A stretch of 64,000 nt of DNA from an uncultured Chloroflexota bacterium (GTDB taxonomy: Bacteria; Chloroflexota; Dehalococcoidia; GIF9; AB-539-J10). The notes under the pieces were generated by a model that worked only from the letters and a program-made list of their open reading frames with translations, ran no database searches and had not been told where the DNA came from. Shown in pieces: positions 1 to 9,848 of the stretch. Every line of letters begins with the position of its first letter. The stretch's first letter is position 1. The position numbers and the translations under genes are program-made. The stretch lies in NCBI GenBank assembly GCA_903884455.1, contig CAISEW010000003.1, forward strand, positions 41,313 through 105,312. The letters are read 5' to 3'.

Positions 1-1204
1 TGGCGGCACTGTGGGGGATATTGAAGGACAACCTTTCCTCGAAGCTATAAGGCAAATGAGAAAGGAGGAAGGCAGGGATAACGTGCTATATATCCATGTC
101 ACCTTTTTGCCACACATTGCTGCCACCGATGAACTAAAGACCAAGCCCACTCAACATAGCGTCAACGAGCTGAGGAGAATTGGTATTCAACCTGATGTTA
201 TATTGTGTCGCAGCGATAAGGAAATATCTGGAGGGATAAAGGACAAAATATCGCTATTTTGCGATGTAGATAAAGAAGCGGTTATTCCTTTGGTTACCAG
301 CGAAACCATTTATGAGGTGCCTCTACTGCTTGAGGATGCTGGGTTAGGGGAATTCATAGTTCGCCGATTGGGATTAAGGGCCGGGAAAAGCAATCTAGAA
401 GAATGGCGAGGCATGGTAGCCAGACTGAAAGCTCCTAAGGAGCCTGTAATCATTGGAGTAGTAGGCAAATATGTGGAGCTCCGAGATGCATATTACTCTG
501 TGCGCGAAGCGTTGTGTCATGCAGCACTAGCTCACAATCGCGGAGTGAAAATAGAGTGGTTGGATTCAGAGCAATTGGATGGCATGGCCAATGATAAACT
601 GAGGCAAGTTCAGGGTATAATTGTTCCTGGTGGCTTTGGTTATCGAGGAATTGAAGGCATGATAAAAGCTGCCAAATTTGCCCGAGAAAGGGGAATCCCT
701 TACTTGGGTCTATGCCTGGGGATGCAAATTATGGTCATCGAACTTGGTCGTCACGTTTTTCATTCTGACAAAGTAAATTCCACTGAGTTTGATGCTAGTA
801 GTGCCTATCCTGTTATCGACCTCCTCCCTGAACAGCGTAGCGTGGAGCAAAAGGGAGGGACTATGAGGCTTGGGACTTATCCTTGTCATCTGGTAGCAGG
901 AACGATAGCAGCTCGTGCCTATGACACCGAAGTGGTCTATGAAAGGCATCGCCACCGTTATGAATTTAACAATCATTTCCGCCAGCCATTGGAGGAAGCC
1001 GGTCTTGTACCCTCTGGGTTATCCCCCGATGGGAGATTAGTGGAAATTACTGAATTACGAGATCATCCCTGGATGCTTGCCTGCCAATTTCACCCTGAGT
1101 TTAAATCTCGCCCCGATTCTCCTCACCCGCTATTCTTAGGATTTATTGGGGCAGCCAAGGAAACACTTGTTGAAGGTGCTCAAACAAGCCTACCTTTAAA
1201 TTAA
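1..1204 (+). CDS. pyrG: CTP synthase, C-terminal glutamine-amidotransferase part; 5'-truncated by the window edge
   Basis: Frame is open from the window start. Class-I GATase motifs (GLCLGMQ, HPEF) and CTP synthase C-terminal similarity. Confidence 0.9.
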   Translation, partial: GGTVGDIEGQPFLEAIRQMRKEEGRDNVLYIHVTFLPHIAATDELKTKPTQHSVNELRRIGIQPDVILCRSDKEISGGIKDKISLFCDVDKEAVIPLVTSETIYEVPLLLEDAGLGEFIVRRLGLRAGKSNLEEWRGMVARLKAPKEPVIIGVVGKYVELRDAYYSVREALCHAALAHNRGVKIEWLDSEQLDGMANDKLRQVQGIIVPGGFGYRGIEGMIKAAKFARERGIPYLGLCLGMQIMVIELGRHVFHSDKVNSTEFDASSAYPVIDLLPEQRSVEQKGGTMRLGTYPCHLVAGTIAARAYDTEVVYERHRHRYEFNNHFRQPLEEAGLVPSGLSPDGRLVEITELRDHPWMLACQFHPEFKSRPDSPHPLFLGFIGAAKETLVEGAQTSLPLN

Positions 1205-1208
1205 GAAG

Positions 1209-1871
1209 ATGAAGATATTTTTAGATACTGCCAATATAGAGCATATTCGTCATGGGGTGCGACTAGGGGTGGTTACAGGGGTAACTACCAACCCTAGCCT
1301 TGTATCGAGAGAAGGCAAGGTTAATTATCGAAAGTTAGTCCAGAAAATCTGTTCCATTGTCTCTGGCCCAGTATCTACTGAGGTGTTAGGCCAGGATGTC
1401 CAAACAATGGTGGCTGAGGCCAGAGAAATAGCTAAGTGGGCGGAGAACATCGTGGTTAAGATACCCGCTAGCCTTGAAGGAGTGGAAGCTACCTCGGTGC
1501 TGGCCAGTGAAAACATAAAGGTGAATTTCACTTTATGCTTCACCTTGAACCAGGCTTTGCTGGGGGCAGCAGCAGGAGCAACTTTTATAAGCCCCTTTGT
1601 GGGCAGATTGGATGACATCGGTGAGGATGGTATGAAGGTGGTGGCTGACATTGTGGAATACCTCGATTATTATCAACTACCCACTCAGGTTATCGCTGCC
1701 AGCATCAGACATCCTCAACATTGTTTAATGGCAGCTAAGGTTGGTGCTCATATCGCCACAATGCCCTACGAGGTGTTACTACAAATGATACGACACCCTC
1801 TAACAGATATCGGCATTGAGCGTTTTAGGGATGACTGGAAGAAGGTGATGGCGAGGGAGAAATTACTATAA
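1209..1871 (+). CDS. Transaldolase / fructose-6-phosphate aldolase family protein (short Fsa/TalC type, 220 aa)
   Basis: N-terminus MKIFLDTANIEHI...VTTNPSL is typical of Fsa/TalC class-I aldolases. ATG with SD; 4-nt gap after pyrG. Confidence 0.8.
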   Translation: MKIFLDTANIEHIRHGVRLGVVTGVTTNPSLVSREGKVNYRKLVQKICSIVSGPVSTEVLGQDVQTMVAEAREIAKWAENIVVKIPASLEGVEATSVLASENIKVNFTLCFTLNQALLGAAAGATFISPFVGRLDDIGEDGMKVVADIVEYLDYYQLPTQVIAASIRHPQHCLMAAKVGAHIATMPYEVLLQMIRHPLTDIGIERFRDDWKKVMAREKLL

Positions 1872-1926
1872 AAGCTCCTGCAAAACCATAAATATAAAAA
1901 GGAAAGGTATTTAAAGAGAGGTTACT

Positions 1927-3192
1927 ATGTCAACTATGGCGGAACTAGAAAGCAAAAATCGGGATGAGCTGGAGGCGATGGCTAAGGAGTGTGGCATCAT
2001 CGGCTACACTACTTTGAAGAAGCCCGAACTTGTCTACCGCATCTTGCAAGCGGAAGCACAGCAACAGGGAAATATGTTTATAACAGGCGTACTGGAAACC
2101 ATCAGCGAGGGCTATGGTTTCTTACGACAGGATACTTTCCGGCGTGGTGCTAATGATGTCTATGTATCAAATTCCCAGATTCGCCGTTTCAACTTAAGAG
2201 ACGGCGATGCTGTTTGTGGCCAGGCTAGACCTCCTAAAGAAGGCGAAAAATACTACAGCTTACTTCGAGTAGACAGTATCAATGGACTTGACCCTGAACT
2301 AGCGAGAACACGCCGCAATTTTGGTTCGTTGACGCCCACCTTCGCTAACAAGCTCATCAATCTGGAAACAACGTCAGATGAGTTATCCACTCGTCTAATC
2401 AACCTGGTGACACCTATAGGCCGGGGGCAAAGAGGGCTTATTGTATCACCACCTAAGGCAGGCAAGACTGTGCTTCTTCAAAAGATTGTCAACGCCATAA
2501 CTACAAACTACAATGATATCCACCTCATGGTTTGCCTTATTGGAGAGAGGCCCGAAGAGGTCACCGATATGAAGAGGTCAGTTAAGGCCGAGGTTATTGC
2601 TGCCACCTTCGATGAACCGGTAGAAAGCCAGACTCGGGTAGCGGAATTAGCATTAGAGAGAGCCAAAAGGCTAGTAGAAATGGGCAAAGATGTGGTCATA
2701 CTCCTTGACGGCATTACCAGACTTACAAGAGCTTACAACTTAGCCCTGCCCCCTAGCGGGCGTACTTTATCTGGTGGTATTGATTCAACAGCCTTGCATC
2801 CTCCCAAGCGATTCTTCGGTACTGCTCGTAACATTGAGGAGGGTGGGAGTCTAACCATCATTGCTACTTGCCTCGTGGATACCGGCAGCCGCATGGATGA
2901 ACTCATATATGAGGAGTTTAAGGGAACAGGTAACATGGAACTCCACTTAGATAGAAAATTATCTGAGCGAAGGATCTTCCCGGCTATAGATATTATGCCT
3001 AGCGGCACAAGGAGAGAAGAGCTTTTGCTGGATGAAAATACCTTGAAACAAGTATGGCTGCTCAGGCGTGTGGTTAATATGATAGATAGCGACTCACCTA
3101 ATCACGGCGAGGCTACACAAAGGATCCTCGAACGGCTAGCCAAGACAAAGAATAACGCTGAATTCTTAGCCACTCTATCCAAGGATATGTAG
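1927..3192 (+). CDS. rho: Transcription termination factor Rho
   Basis: N-terminal Rho_N (ELESKNRDELEAMAKECGI), RNA-binding CSD, Walker A GQRGLIVSPPKAGKT, 421 aa. Confidence 0.95.
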   Translation: MSTMAELESKNRDELEAMAKECGIIGYTTLKKPELVYRILQAEAQQQGNMFITGVLETISEGYGFLRQDTFRRGANDVYVSNSQIRRFNLRDGDAVCGQARPPKEGEKYYSLLRVDSINGLDPELARTRRNFGSLTPTFANKLINLETTSDELSTRLINLVTPIGRGQRGLIVSPPKAGKTVLLQKIVNAITTNYNDIHLMVCLIGERPEEVTDMKRSVKAEVIAATFDEPVESQTRVAELALERAKRLVEMGKDVVILLDGITRLTRAYNLALPPSGRTLSGGIDSTALHPPKRFFGTARNIEEGGSLTIIATCLVDTGSRMDELIYEEFKGTGNMELHLDRKLSERRIFPAIDIMPSGTRREELLLDENTLKQVWLLRRVVNMIDSDSPNHGEATQRILERLAKTKNNAEFLATLSKDM

Positions 3193-3200
3193 GGGATATT

Positions 3201-3404
3201 ATGGCCCCGCCTGTCACTCCGAACGAAGTGAAGAAGCGAAGCAATCCCATCTGGCTAGACAAATTTAAACTGAGGGTCAAAAAAGCTTTGGGCATGCATA
3301 TTTTCCTGTGTGGCAGTTGTCAATGGGATTGGAGGAGTGCTTGTCATCGCCCTGAGCGCCCCAACGCCACCTGGTGCCCTGATTACGCGAAGAAGGGAAA
3401 ATAA
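3201..3404 (+). CDS. Small basic Cys4 (zinc-ribbon-like) hypothetical protein, 67 aa
   Basis: ATG with GGGGA SD 8 nt upstream. CxxC...C...C arrangement. Position after rho resembles the rho-rpmE arrangement, but the sequence does not match L31. Confidence 0.4.
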   Translation: MAPPVTPNEVKKRSNPIWLDKFKLRVKKALGMHIFLCGSCQWDWRSACHRPERPNATWCPDYAKKGK

Positions 3405-3450
3405 CTAAATTCCCAGTTGGCGTAAGCGTCATGTCTGATATGTCACCCGA

Positions 3451-3479
3451 GCGAAGCAAAGAATCTCTGAGATTCTTTG
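3451..3479. repeat. Perfect 11-bp-arm palindrome CAAAGAATCTC-T-GAGATTCTTTG preceded by GCGAAGCAA; short relative of the dispersed CGAAGCAATCTC repeat
   Basis: Read directly in the sequence, about 110 nt upstream of the alaS start. Confidence 0.5.
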
Positions 3480-3586
3480 TCGCCCAAATTCATTTAGACT
3501 CCTCAGAATAACATTACTAAACGCTCTCTTACAGCCCGATTGACATTAAAGCTGACACCTTCTAAAATCAAGAGGGTGACTGGTAA

Positions 3587-6256
3587 GTGACTGGTGACGA
3601 ACTAAGGCAAGCCTTTCTGAGTTTTTTTCAGGATAGAGGACATAAGATTATCCCCAGCTCCTCCTTGGTGCCTCATAAAGACCCCACTTTGCTGTTGACT
3701 AGCGCTGGCATGGTGCAAATTAAACCATATTTCCTGGGATTGGAGGCCCCACCTAGCCGGCGATTAGCTTCCTGCCAGAAGTGCTTTCGCACCACTGATA
3801 TAGATTCGGTGGGTGATAGCAAACACCTTACCTTTTTCGAGATGCTGGGCAATTTCAGCGTTGGCGACTATTTTAAAAAAGAAGCTATTTTGTGGGCGTG
3901 GGACTTTGTTACCAAGTATTTGAAACTGCCTGAGGAGCGGCTCTGGATAACTATTTACCGTGACGATGACGAAGCTTTCGCCTATTGGCGACAAATTGGC
4001 GTCCCCGCTGGGAAGATATTGCGATTCGGTGAAGAAGACAACTTCTGGGGTCCCGTTGGTGATTCTGGTCCCTGTGGACCATGCAGCGAGATTCACTATG
4101 ACCTTGGTGAAGAGTTTGGCTGTGGTAAAGCTGAATGTAAGCCTAATTGCGACTGCGGTCGCTTCTCCGAGATATGGAATCTGGTATTCACCCAATACAA
4201 TCAAGACCAAAGTGGACAACGCACTCCTCTACCCAACCCCAACATTGATACTGGTATGGGACTGGAGAGAACTTTAGCCGCTATTCAGGACAAGCCCTCC
4301 CCTTATGAAACAGCCCTGTTTTCTCCTTTGGTAGACCGAATTTGTCGCTTGTCTGGGAAAGAATACAGTCGGGGTGAGAATACCGACCGAGCCATTAGAA
4401 TTGTGGCTGAGCATTCACGCGGCATTGCCTTTCTTGTCGCCGATGGCGTAATGCCTTCCAACGAAGGCAGGGGATATGTCCTGCGACGAATACTCAGGCG
4501 GGCTTCGCTCTTCGGCAGGAAACTGGGATTAAGTGACCCTTTCCTTAATGAAATGGCTGAAGTCGTCGTTAGCACAATGAGCCATATATATCCCGAGCTT
4601 ATAGCTAATCAGAGCCTGATTACCGAAGTAATTAAGGTCGAGGAGGGAAAGTTCATTGCTACCCTGGATACCGGCCTCAACTTGGTGGAAAAGCTCATTG
4701 GCGAAGCTTCAGCTCAAGGGAGAGAAGGGCTGACAGGCGTCGAAGTATTCCAGCTTTACGATACCTATGGTTTTCCCCCTGAATTGACTGCTGAGATAAC
4801 CAGAGAAAAAGGCCTATCTATAGACTGGGAAGGTTTCCAGACTGAGATGGAGAGACAGCGAGAAAGGGCTAGGGTCAGCCAAAAGATCGGCACGGGGGGT
4901 GTTCAATTGAAAGCCGAGTACAAGGCTAAGACCATGCGTAGGGTCGTACGTAAGCAAACACATTTTGTTGGCTATCAAAAATACAGATCTAGGTCAAAGA
5001 TCCGCGATTTGATAATTAAAGAAAACTCTATGCGAGGTGTGGCTGAAGGTATTGAGGTTGACGTGATTCTTGACAGAACTCCTTTCTATGGTGAGATGGG
5101 CGGGCAGGTAGGCGATAGTGGCGAAATCGATAGCCAGAAGGGAAAGGTAGTCGTCATAAATACTATCAGAACTCCTTCGAACATGATAATACATAGGGGA
5201 AAGGTGGTTAAAGGGAGTATATCTATCGGTGACGAAGTGGAAGCCAAGGTTGATGTCGCCCGCCGCCTGGATATCGCTCGCAACCATACTGCCACTCATC
5301 TCATTCAGGCTGCTTTAAGGCAGACTTTGGGAAGCCATATTTACCAGAAGGGTTCGCTAGTAGAGCCTGAAAGGTTTAGATTTGACTTCTCTCACTTAGC
5401 TCCCATAACTGAGGAAAAGTTCAAGGAAATTCAGAGGCAGGTGAATGAATGGATACGCCAGAACTTGAAAGTGAAAGCAAAAAAACTCTCTTATACACAG
5501 GCCATCGCTGAGGGTGCTATTGCCTTATTTGAAGAAAAATACGGAGAAGAAGTTCGGATGCTGGAAATCGGGGAGCCGGCAATAAGTAAAGAACTCTGTG
5601 GTGGCACTCACGTGAGTTCAACGGGAGAAATTGGCATATTCTTGATAACCAGTGAAAGCAGCATTGGCACAGGACTGCATCGTATTGAAGCGGTAACGGG
5701 AAGAAAAGCTGAATCTCTAATTGAATCCCGTGTAGCAGCCTTGCAGAGCGTAGCCAAGGAAGTAGAAGGCTCGCTCGAAGAGGTTCCTAGCAAGGTGAGA
5801 GCTCTCATTAGCGAGCTAGGGGCAGAGCGTAAGAGAGTGCTTTCACTGGAAAGGGAGCTATCACGCAGAATAGCGGAGGATTTGCCTGAGCAAGCCGAGC
5901 AGGTGAGCGGTGTGACAGTTCTGGCTGCCAAGGTACCAACATTGACCCTGCCTATCCTCAGGGAAATGGGCGATATATTGCGAGACAGGCTAAAGAGCGC
6001 CATAGTGGTTTTGGCTACAGTTTATAATGGCAAGCCGAACTTTTTAGCCATGGTGACTCCTGACCTGATAGCCAGGGGATTTTACGCCGGCGATATTATT
6101 AATCAGGTAGCTAAGGTTACTGGTGGGGGTGGGGGTGGCAAGGCTGCTATGGCTCAAGCCGGCGGAAAAGATGCAGCCAAGGTTGACGAAGCTTTGAAAT
6201 TAGTCAAAAGTGTCATTGCAAGCCAAATCTCTATTTCCTCAGAGGGTAAAGATTAA
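3587..6256 (+). CDS. alaS: Alanine--tRNA ligase
   Basis: 889 aa. N-terminus RQAFLSFFQDRGH, editing-domain HxxxH motifs, C-terminal Gly-rich DHHA1 tail. GTG start. Confidence 0.95.
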   Translation: MTGDELRQAFLSFFQDRGHKIIPSSSLVPHKDPTLLLTSAGMVQIKPYFLGLEAPPSRRLASCQKCFRTTDIDSVGDSKHLTFFEMLGNFSVGDYFKKEAILWAWDFVTKYLKLPEERLWITIYRDDDEAFAYWRQIGVPAGKILRFGEEDNFWGPVGDSGPCGPCSEIHYDLGEEFGCGKAECKPNCDCGRFSEIWNLVFTQYNQDQSGQRTPLPNPNIDTGMGLERTLAAIQDKPSPYETALFSPLVDRICRLSGKEYSRGENTDRAIRIVAEHSRGIAFLVADGVMPSNEGRGYVLRRILRRASLFGRKLGLSDPFLNEMAEVVVSTMSHIYPELIANQSLITEVIKVEEGKFIATLDTGLNLVEKLIGEASAQGREGLTGVEVFQLYDTYGFPPELTAEITREKGLSIDWEGFQTEMERQRERARVSQKIGTGGVQLKAEYKAKTMRRVVRKQTHFVGYQKYRSRSKIRDLIIKENSMRGVAEGIEVDVILDRTPFYGEMGGQVGDSGEIDSQKGKVVVINTIRTPSNMIIHRGKVVKGSISIGDEVEAKVDVARRLDIARNHTATHLIQAALRQTLGSHIYQKGSLVEPERFRFDFSHLAPITEEKFKEIQRQVNEWIRQNLKVKAKKLSYTQAIAEGAIALFEEKYGEEVRMLEIGEPAISKELCGGTHVSSTGEIGIFLITSESSIGTGLHRIEAVTGRKAESLIESRVAALQSVAKEVEGSLEEVPSKVRALISELGAERKRVLSLERELSRRIAEDLPEQAEQVSGVTVLAAKVPTLTLPILREMGDILRDRLKSAIVVLATVYNGKPNFLAMVTPDLIARGFYAGDIINQVAKVTGGGGGGKAAMAQAGGKDAAKVDEALKLVKSVIASQISISSEGKD

Positions 6257-6307
6257 TAAACCATACTTTACTCTCCCTTGGGGGGAGAGAATTAAGGTGG
6301 GGGTGAA

Positions 6308-6802
6308 ATGCGCAGCTTAGGACTAGATGTCGGAGGTGAGAGAACCGGGGTGGCTGTAAGCGATCCTCAGGGGATTTTAGCTACTCCTTTAACTGTGCTT
6401 GCCAGTAAAGACGAAGATGCCCTTATAAATGAGATTCTCAAGCTTGTGGAACGGTATAAGGCAGAGTGCGTTGTGGTTGGCTTGCCTCGCCGCCTAAACG
6501 GCGAGTTGGGAAAACAAGCTGGTAAGGTAACAGTTTTCACCGACAAATTGTCATGGCAGGCGAAGCAAAACAATCTCAACCAGCTTGATATACAATTATG
6601 GGATGAACGACTCTCTACCAAAGCTGCCAAGCGCTTGAAGATGGAAGCTGGAGGCAAAGGAAATAAACTGCGCCACGGGGCGAAACGAGGAGGCAAAAAT
6701 CACAGCTTTTCGGCTAAAGCCGGAGTAGATGCCATAGCGGCGGCCTTTATCCTCCAAGGTTTTCTGGATAGCCACCGCCTGAGCAATAGCGAAGAATCTT
6801 AA
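6308..6802 (+). CDS. ruvX: Holliday-junction resolvase-like protein RuvX/YqgF, with a Lys/Gly-rich C-terminal extension
   Basis: MRSLGLDVGGERTGVAVSD...DERLST motifs of the YqgF RNase H-like family. Confidence 0.85.
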   Translation: MRSLGLDVGGERTGVAVSDPQGILATPLTVLASKDEDALINEILKLVERYKAECVVVGLPRRLNGELGKQAGKVTVFTDKLSWQAKQNNLNQLDIQLWDERLSTKAAKRLKMEAGGKGNKLRHGAKRGGKNHSFSAKAGVDAIAAAFILQGFLDSHRLSNSEES

Positions 6803-6805
6803 GCG

Positions 6806-7696
6806 ATGTCGAGATACATAGGCCTCATAGGTTATCCCCTTAAGCATTCTATCTCTCCTTATTTCCAGCAGGCAGCTCTGGATTATTATCGACTTGATAT
6901 TCGGTATGAAACCTGGGAGACTGGTCCAGCCCGACTTCAAGACATAGTGAATAATCTAAGAAAACCTCACAATGTTGGAGCTAACGTAACCGTACCCTAT
7001 AAAGAAGCAGTTTTACCTTTATTAGACGAAGTTGACGATCTGGCAAGTTCGATTGGTGCTGTCAATACCATAGTCAAAAAAGATGATAAGCTTGTGGGTT
7101 TTAATACTGACGCCTATGGTTTTATCGAGGCGCTAGACAAGGAAGGGCACTTTGCCCCTGAAGGAAAGCAGGCGGTCATCTTGGGTGCTGGTGGAGTGGC
7201 CAGGGCAGTGGGCTTTGTCCTGGTGCAAAGGAAGGTAGCCTCACTGGCCATTACTGATGGTATCTTTGAGCGCGCAAGCGCATTGGCCGAAAACTTGGTG
7301 ATGTATATCAAAGGAGCTTCACCAAGCTCGAGGAATTTAGAGCCAGCTATCACTGCTTTTCAGTGGCAGGATCTAAGCTCAGCCAAAACTCTTGATAACT
7401 GCGATTTAATAGTCCATTGCACTACCATAGGAATGAAGCACAGTTCTCAAGAAGGACAATCACCTTTGAGCCTTGAAGTGCTTCCTAAAAACGTCTTAGT
7501 ATATGATGTGGTATATAACCCCTGGCTAACACCCTTGTTAAGGTTAGCACAAAAAGCCGGGGCCAATATACTTGGCGGCCTACCTATGTTAGTATATCAG
7601 GGAGCGGCTTCCTTCAAACTATGGACAGGAAGGAAAGCCCCAGTTGACATAATGTTTAATAAGGCCAAGGAAATATTGACAGGAGGACAGGGGTGA
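6806..7696 (+). CDS. aroE: Shikimate dehydrogenase
   Basis: N-terminus YIGLIGYPLKHSISP; Rossmann GAGGVARAV; 296 aa. Confidence 0.85.
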   Translation: MSRYIGLIGYPLKHSISPYFQQAALDYYRLDIRYETWETGPARLQDIVNNLRKPHNVGANVTVPYKEAVLPLLDEVDDLASSIGAVNTIVKKDDKLVGFNTDAYGFIEALDKEGHFAPEGKQAVILGAGGVARAVGFVLVQRKVASLAITDGIFERASALAENLVMYIKGASPSSRNLEPAITAFQWQDLSSAKTLDNCDLIVHCTTIGMKHSSQEGQSPLSLEVLPKNVLVYDVVYNPWLTPLLRLAQKAGANILGGLPMLVYQGAASFKLWTGRKAPVDIMFNKAKEILTGGQG

Positions 7697-8616
7697 AAAA
7701 AAGGGCCATCATTATCAGTTTGTGCATATTAGCATTGCTTGCGGCGGTACTAATTCCGATTATCTTACTTTCCAGACCGGCAGCAGGTAAAATTGTTGTA
7801 ATCTCGCTCAGTGGGACTATTACCACCGGGGATCCTTCATTGTCCTCTAGCTCGACCATTACCCCGGGGTTGGTGAGGTATTATTTATCGAAAGCGGAGG
7901 CAGATAAAGCAGTCAAAGCAATTGTTTTTCGCATAGAGAGCCCTGGCGGTGAGATAGAGCCCTGCCAGGAAATCCTGTTGGAGATAGAAGGAGCTAAGGC
8001 AACAAAAACCATTGTGGTGAGCATGGGGGGCATGGCTGCCTCAGGCGGCTACTATATCTCAACTCAAGCGGATAAGATTGTTGCCCTTCCCACCACACAG
8101 ACGGGGGCCATCGGAGTTATTTCTGCAGCAATAAACGTCAAGGGGCTCTTGGAAAAGCTCGGTATCCAGATAGAAATCTTCAAAGGCGGCAAGTATAAGG
8201 ACATGTATTGGGGATTGAGAGAGCTGACGCCGGAAGAAGAGACGATCATGCAGCAAATGGTTGATGAATATTACGAGCAATTTATTGATGTGGTGGCTGA
8301 GGGGAGAGGGCTAAGCCAGGAAGTAGTCAAAAATTTAGCTACGGGGCAACTTTACAGTGGCGTCAAAGCCAAAGATTTGGGTCTAGTTGATGAGCTAGGT
8401 GATCTGGATACAGCTATAAATTCGGCAGCAGAACTGGCTGGCATCAAAGCTCCAGTAGTGGAGTATTATAAACAACCTGGATTAATAGGGAGGTTGCTAT
8501 CCGGACTTGTCAACGCCATACAGACGAGGATATCGGGTTTGAGCGCGCAGGATATGATTTTATTGGAAGTCTTAAGCCATAACTATCCCCAACCTCTATT
8601 TCTATATCAAAGTTGA
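7693..8616 (+). CDS. sppA: Signal peptide peptidase SppA (36K type; ClpP/crotonase fold, single N-terminal TM)
   Basis: FRIESPGG...SMGGMAASGGYYIS motifs. GTG start overlaps the aroE stop (GTGA). Confidence 0.8.
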   Translation: MKKRAIIISLCILALLAAVLIPIILLSRPAAGKIVVISLSGTITTGDPSLSSSSTITPGLVRYYLSKAEADKAVKAIVFRIESPGGEIEPCQEILLEIEGAKATKTIVVSMGGMAASGGYYISTQADKIVALPTTQTGAIGVISAAINVKGLLEKLGIQIEIFKGGKYKDMYWGLRELTPEEETIMQQMVDEYYEQFIDVVAEGRGLSQEVVKNLATGQLYSGVKAKDLGLVDELGDLDTAINSAAELAGIKAPVVEYYKQPGLIGRLLSGLVNAIQTRISGLSAQDMILLEVLSHNYPQPLFLYQS

Positions 8617-9785
8617 TGGGACAATTTCGTTTTCTTACTGGTGGAGAATCCCATGGGAAGGGTTTGGTAGCCATCGTAGAAGGGATGGTGGCTGACCTCA
8701 CCCTGGAAGAGGGATATATCCATAAGGAACTCAAACGCCGCCAGCAGGGCTACGGGCGTGGTCCTCGCATGAAGATTGAAGAAGATAAGGCGGAAATTAT
8801 GGCCGGTGTTCGCTATGGGTTCACTACAGGTAGCCCCATCGTCCTCTTTATCATCAACCGAGATTGGCAAAACTGGCAGGAACAGTTAAGCGTTTCCCCG
8901 ATAGAGAAAGAAATCGAGCCTGTAACCTGTCCCCGCCCGGGACATGCCGACCTGGCCGGAGTGACTAAATATGGTCTCAAAGACATCAGGCCGATTATGG
9001 AAAGAGCCAGTGCCCGGGAAACAGCCGCCAGAGTAGCTGTCGGGGCTATAGCCCGAAGATTTCTGGAGGAGTTGGGCATTGCTATCCACAGCCACACTGT
9101 GGCAATTGGGCAACATAGCTGGGAGCGAGGAGAAGCAAACTCTATAGATTGGCAGCAAGTAGAAACCTCTCCAGTCCATTGTGCCCATGCCAAGCTAGAA
9201 AAAGCGATGATGGCAGCTATCAATGAGGCCAAAGCTAATGGCGACACATTAGGAGGCATTTTTGAGGTGATTGCTATTGGTGTCCCCATTGGCTTGGGCA
9301 GCCACGTTAGCTGGGATCGCCGTCTCGATGGCCGAATTGCTCAAGCGATAATGAGCATCAATGCTGTGAAAGGGGTGGAAATCGGAGCAGGATTTGCTCT
9401 AGCCGAACTTAAAGGTTCGCAAGCCCACGATATTATCGAACCCAGCCCACGTAGCAAAGCGAAGGGGTTCCCCTGGCGACATGGCACTAACCGTGCCGGT
9501 GGCATTGAAGGTGGCATAACCAATGGCGAGGACATAATAGTCAAGGCAGCAGTCAAACCTATTGCCACCCTAGCTAGTCCTTTACCTTCTATAGACCTTC
9601 GCAGTGGAGAAGTAGCGAAGGCTCACTATGAACGCAGCGATATTTGTGTTGTCCCGGCCGCCGGAGTGATTGCCGAAGCCATGTTAGCCATTGTTCTGGC
9701 TGACGCTTGCCTAGAGAAATTCGGCGGCGATAACTTAAAAGAGACCCTGGCAAATTATCACAATTATTTGAGCAATATATCTTGA
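8613..9785 (+). CDS. aroC: Chorismate synthase
   Basis: N-terminus GQFRFLTGGESHGKGL, 390 aa. Start overlaps the sppA stop. Confidence 0.95.
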   Translation: MMGQFRFLTGGESHGKGLVAIVEGMVADLTLEEGYIHKELKRRQQGYGRGPRMKIEEDKAEIMAGVRYGFTTGSPIVLFIINRDWQNWQEQLSVSPIEKEIEPVTCPRPGHADLAGVTKYGLKDIRPIMERASARETAARVAVGAIARRFLEELGIAIHSHTVAIGQHSWERGEANSIDWQQVETSPVHCAHAKLEKAMMAAINEAKANGDTLGGIFEVIAIGVPIGLGSHVSWDRRLDGRIAQAIMSINAVKGVEIGAGFALAELKGSQAHDIIEPSPRSKAKGFPWRHGTNRAGGIEGGITNGEDIIVKAAVKPIATLASPLPSIDLRSGEVAKAHYERSDICVVPAAGVIAEAMLAIVLADACLEKFGGDNLKETLANYHNYLSNIS

Positions 9786-9848
9786 TTGAGCAACTATTAT
9801 CCCAAGGCAAATGAGGCAGCATCAGCGAAAGCCTGTCAAAAGGAGTTT

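Noticed and set aside
710-976. Numerous 60-200-aa ORFs in the track lying antisense or out of frame inside well-supported genes (for example 710-976, 1325-1651, 3764-4219, 34948-35571, 57348-57707, 62863-63356)
   Set aside because: They are fully contained within strongly supported coding sequences on the other strand or frame, have no SD and low-complexity products. Those inside the histidine-kinase gene simply mirror the PAS repeat periodicity.
3201-3404. Calling the 67-aa Cys4 ORF after rho ribosomal protein L31 (rpmE), by analogy with the rho-rpmE arrangement
   Set aside because: The sequence does not match L31 N-terminal or CxxC...CHPF signatures. Left as a hypothetical zinc-ribbon protein.
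3405-3586. T-box leader upstream of alaS
   Set aside because: The intergenic region (about 180 nt) is too short and lacks a recognisable specifier, T-box sequence or terminator/antiterminator pair.
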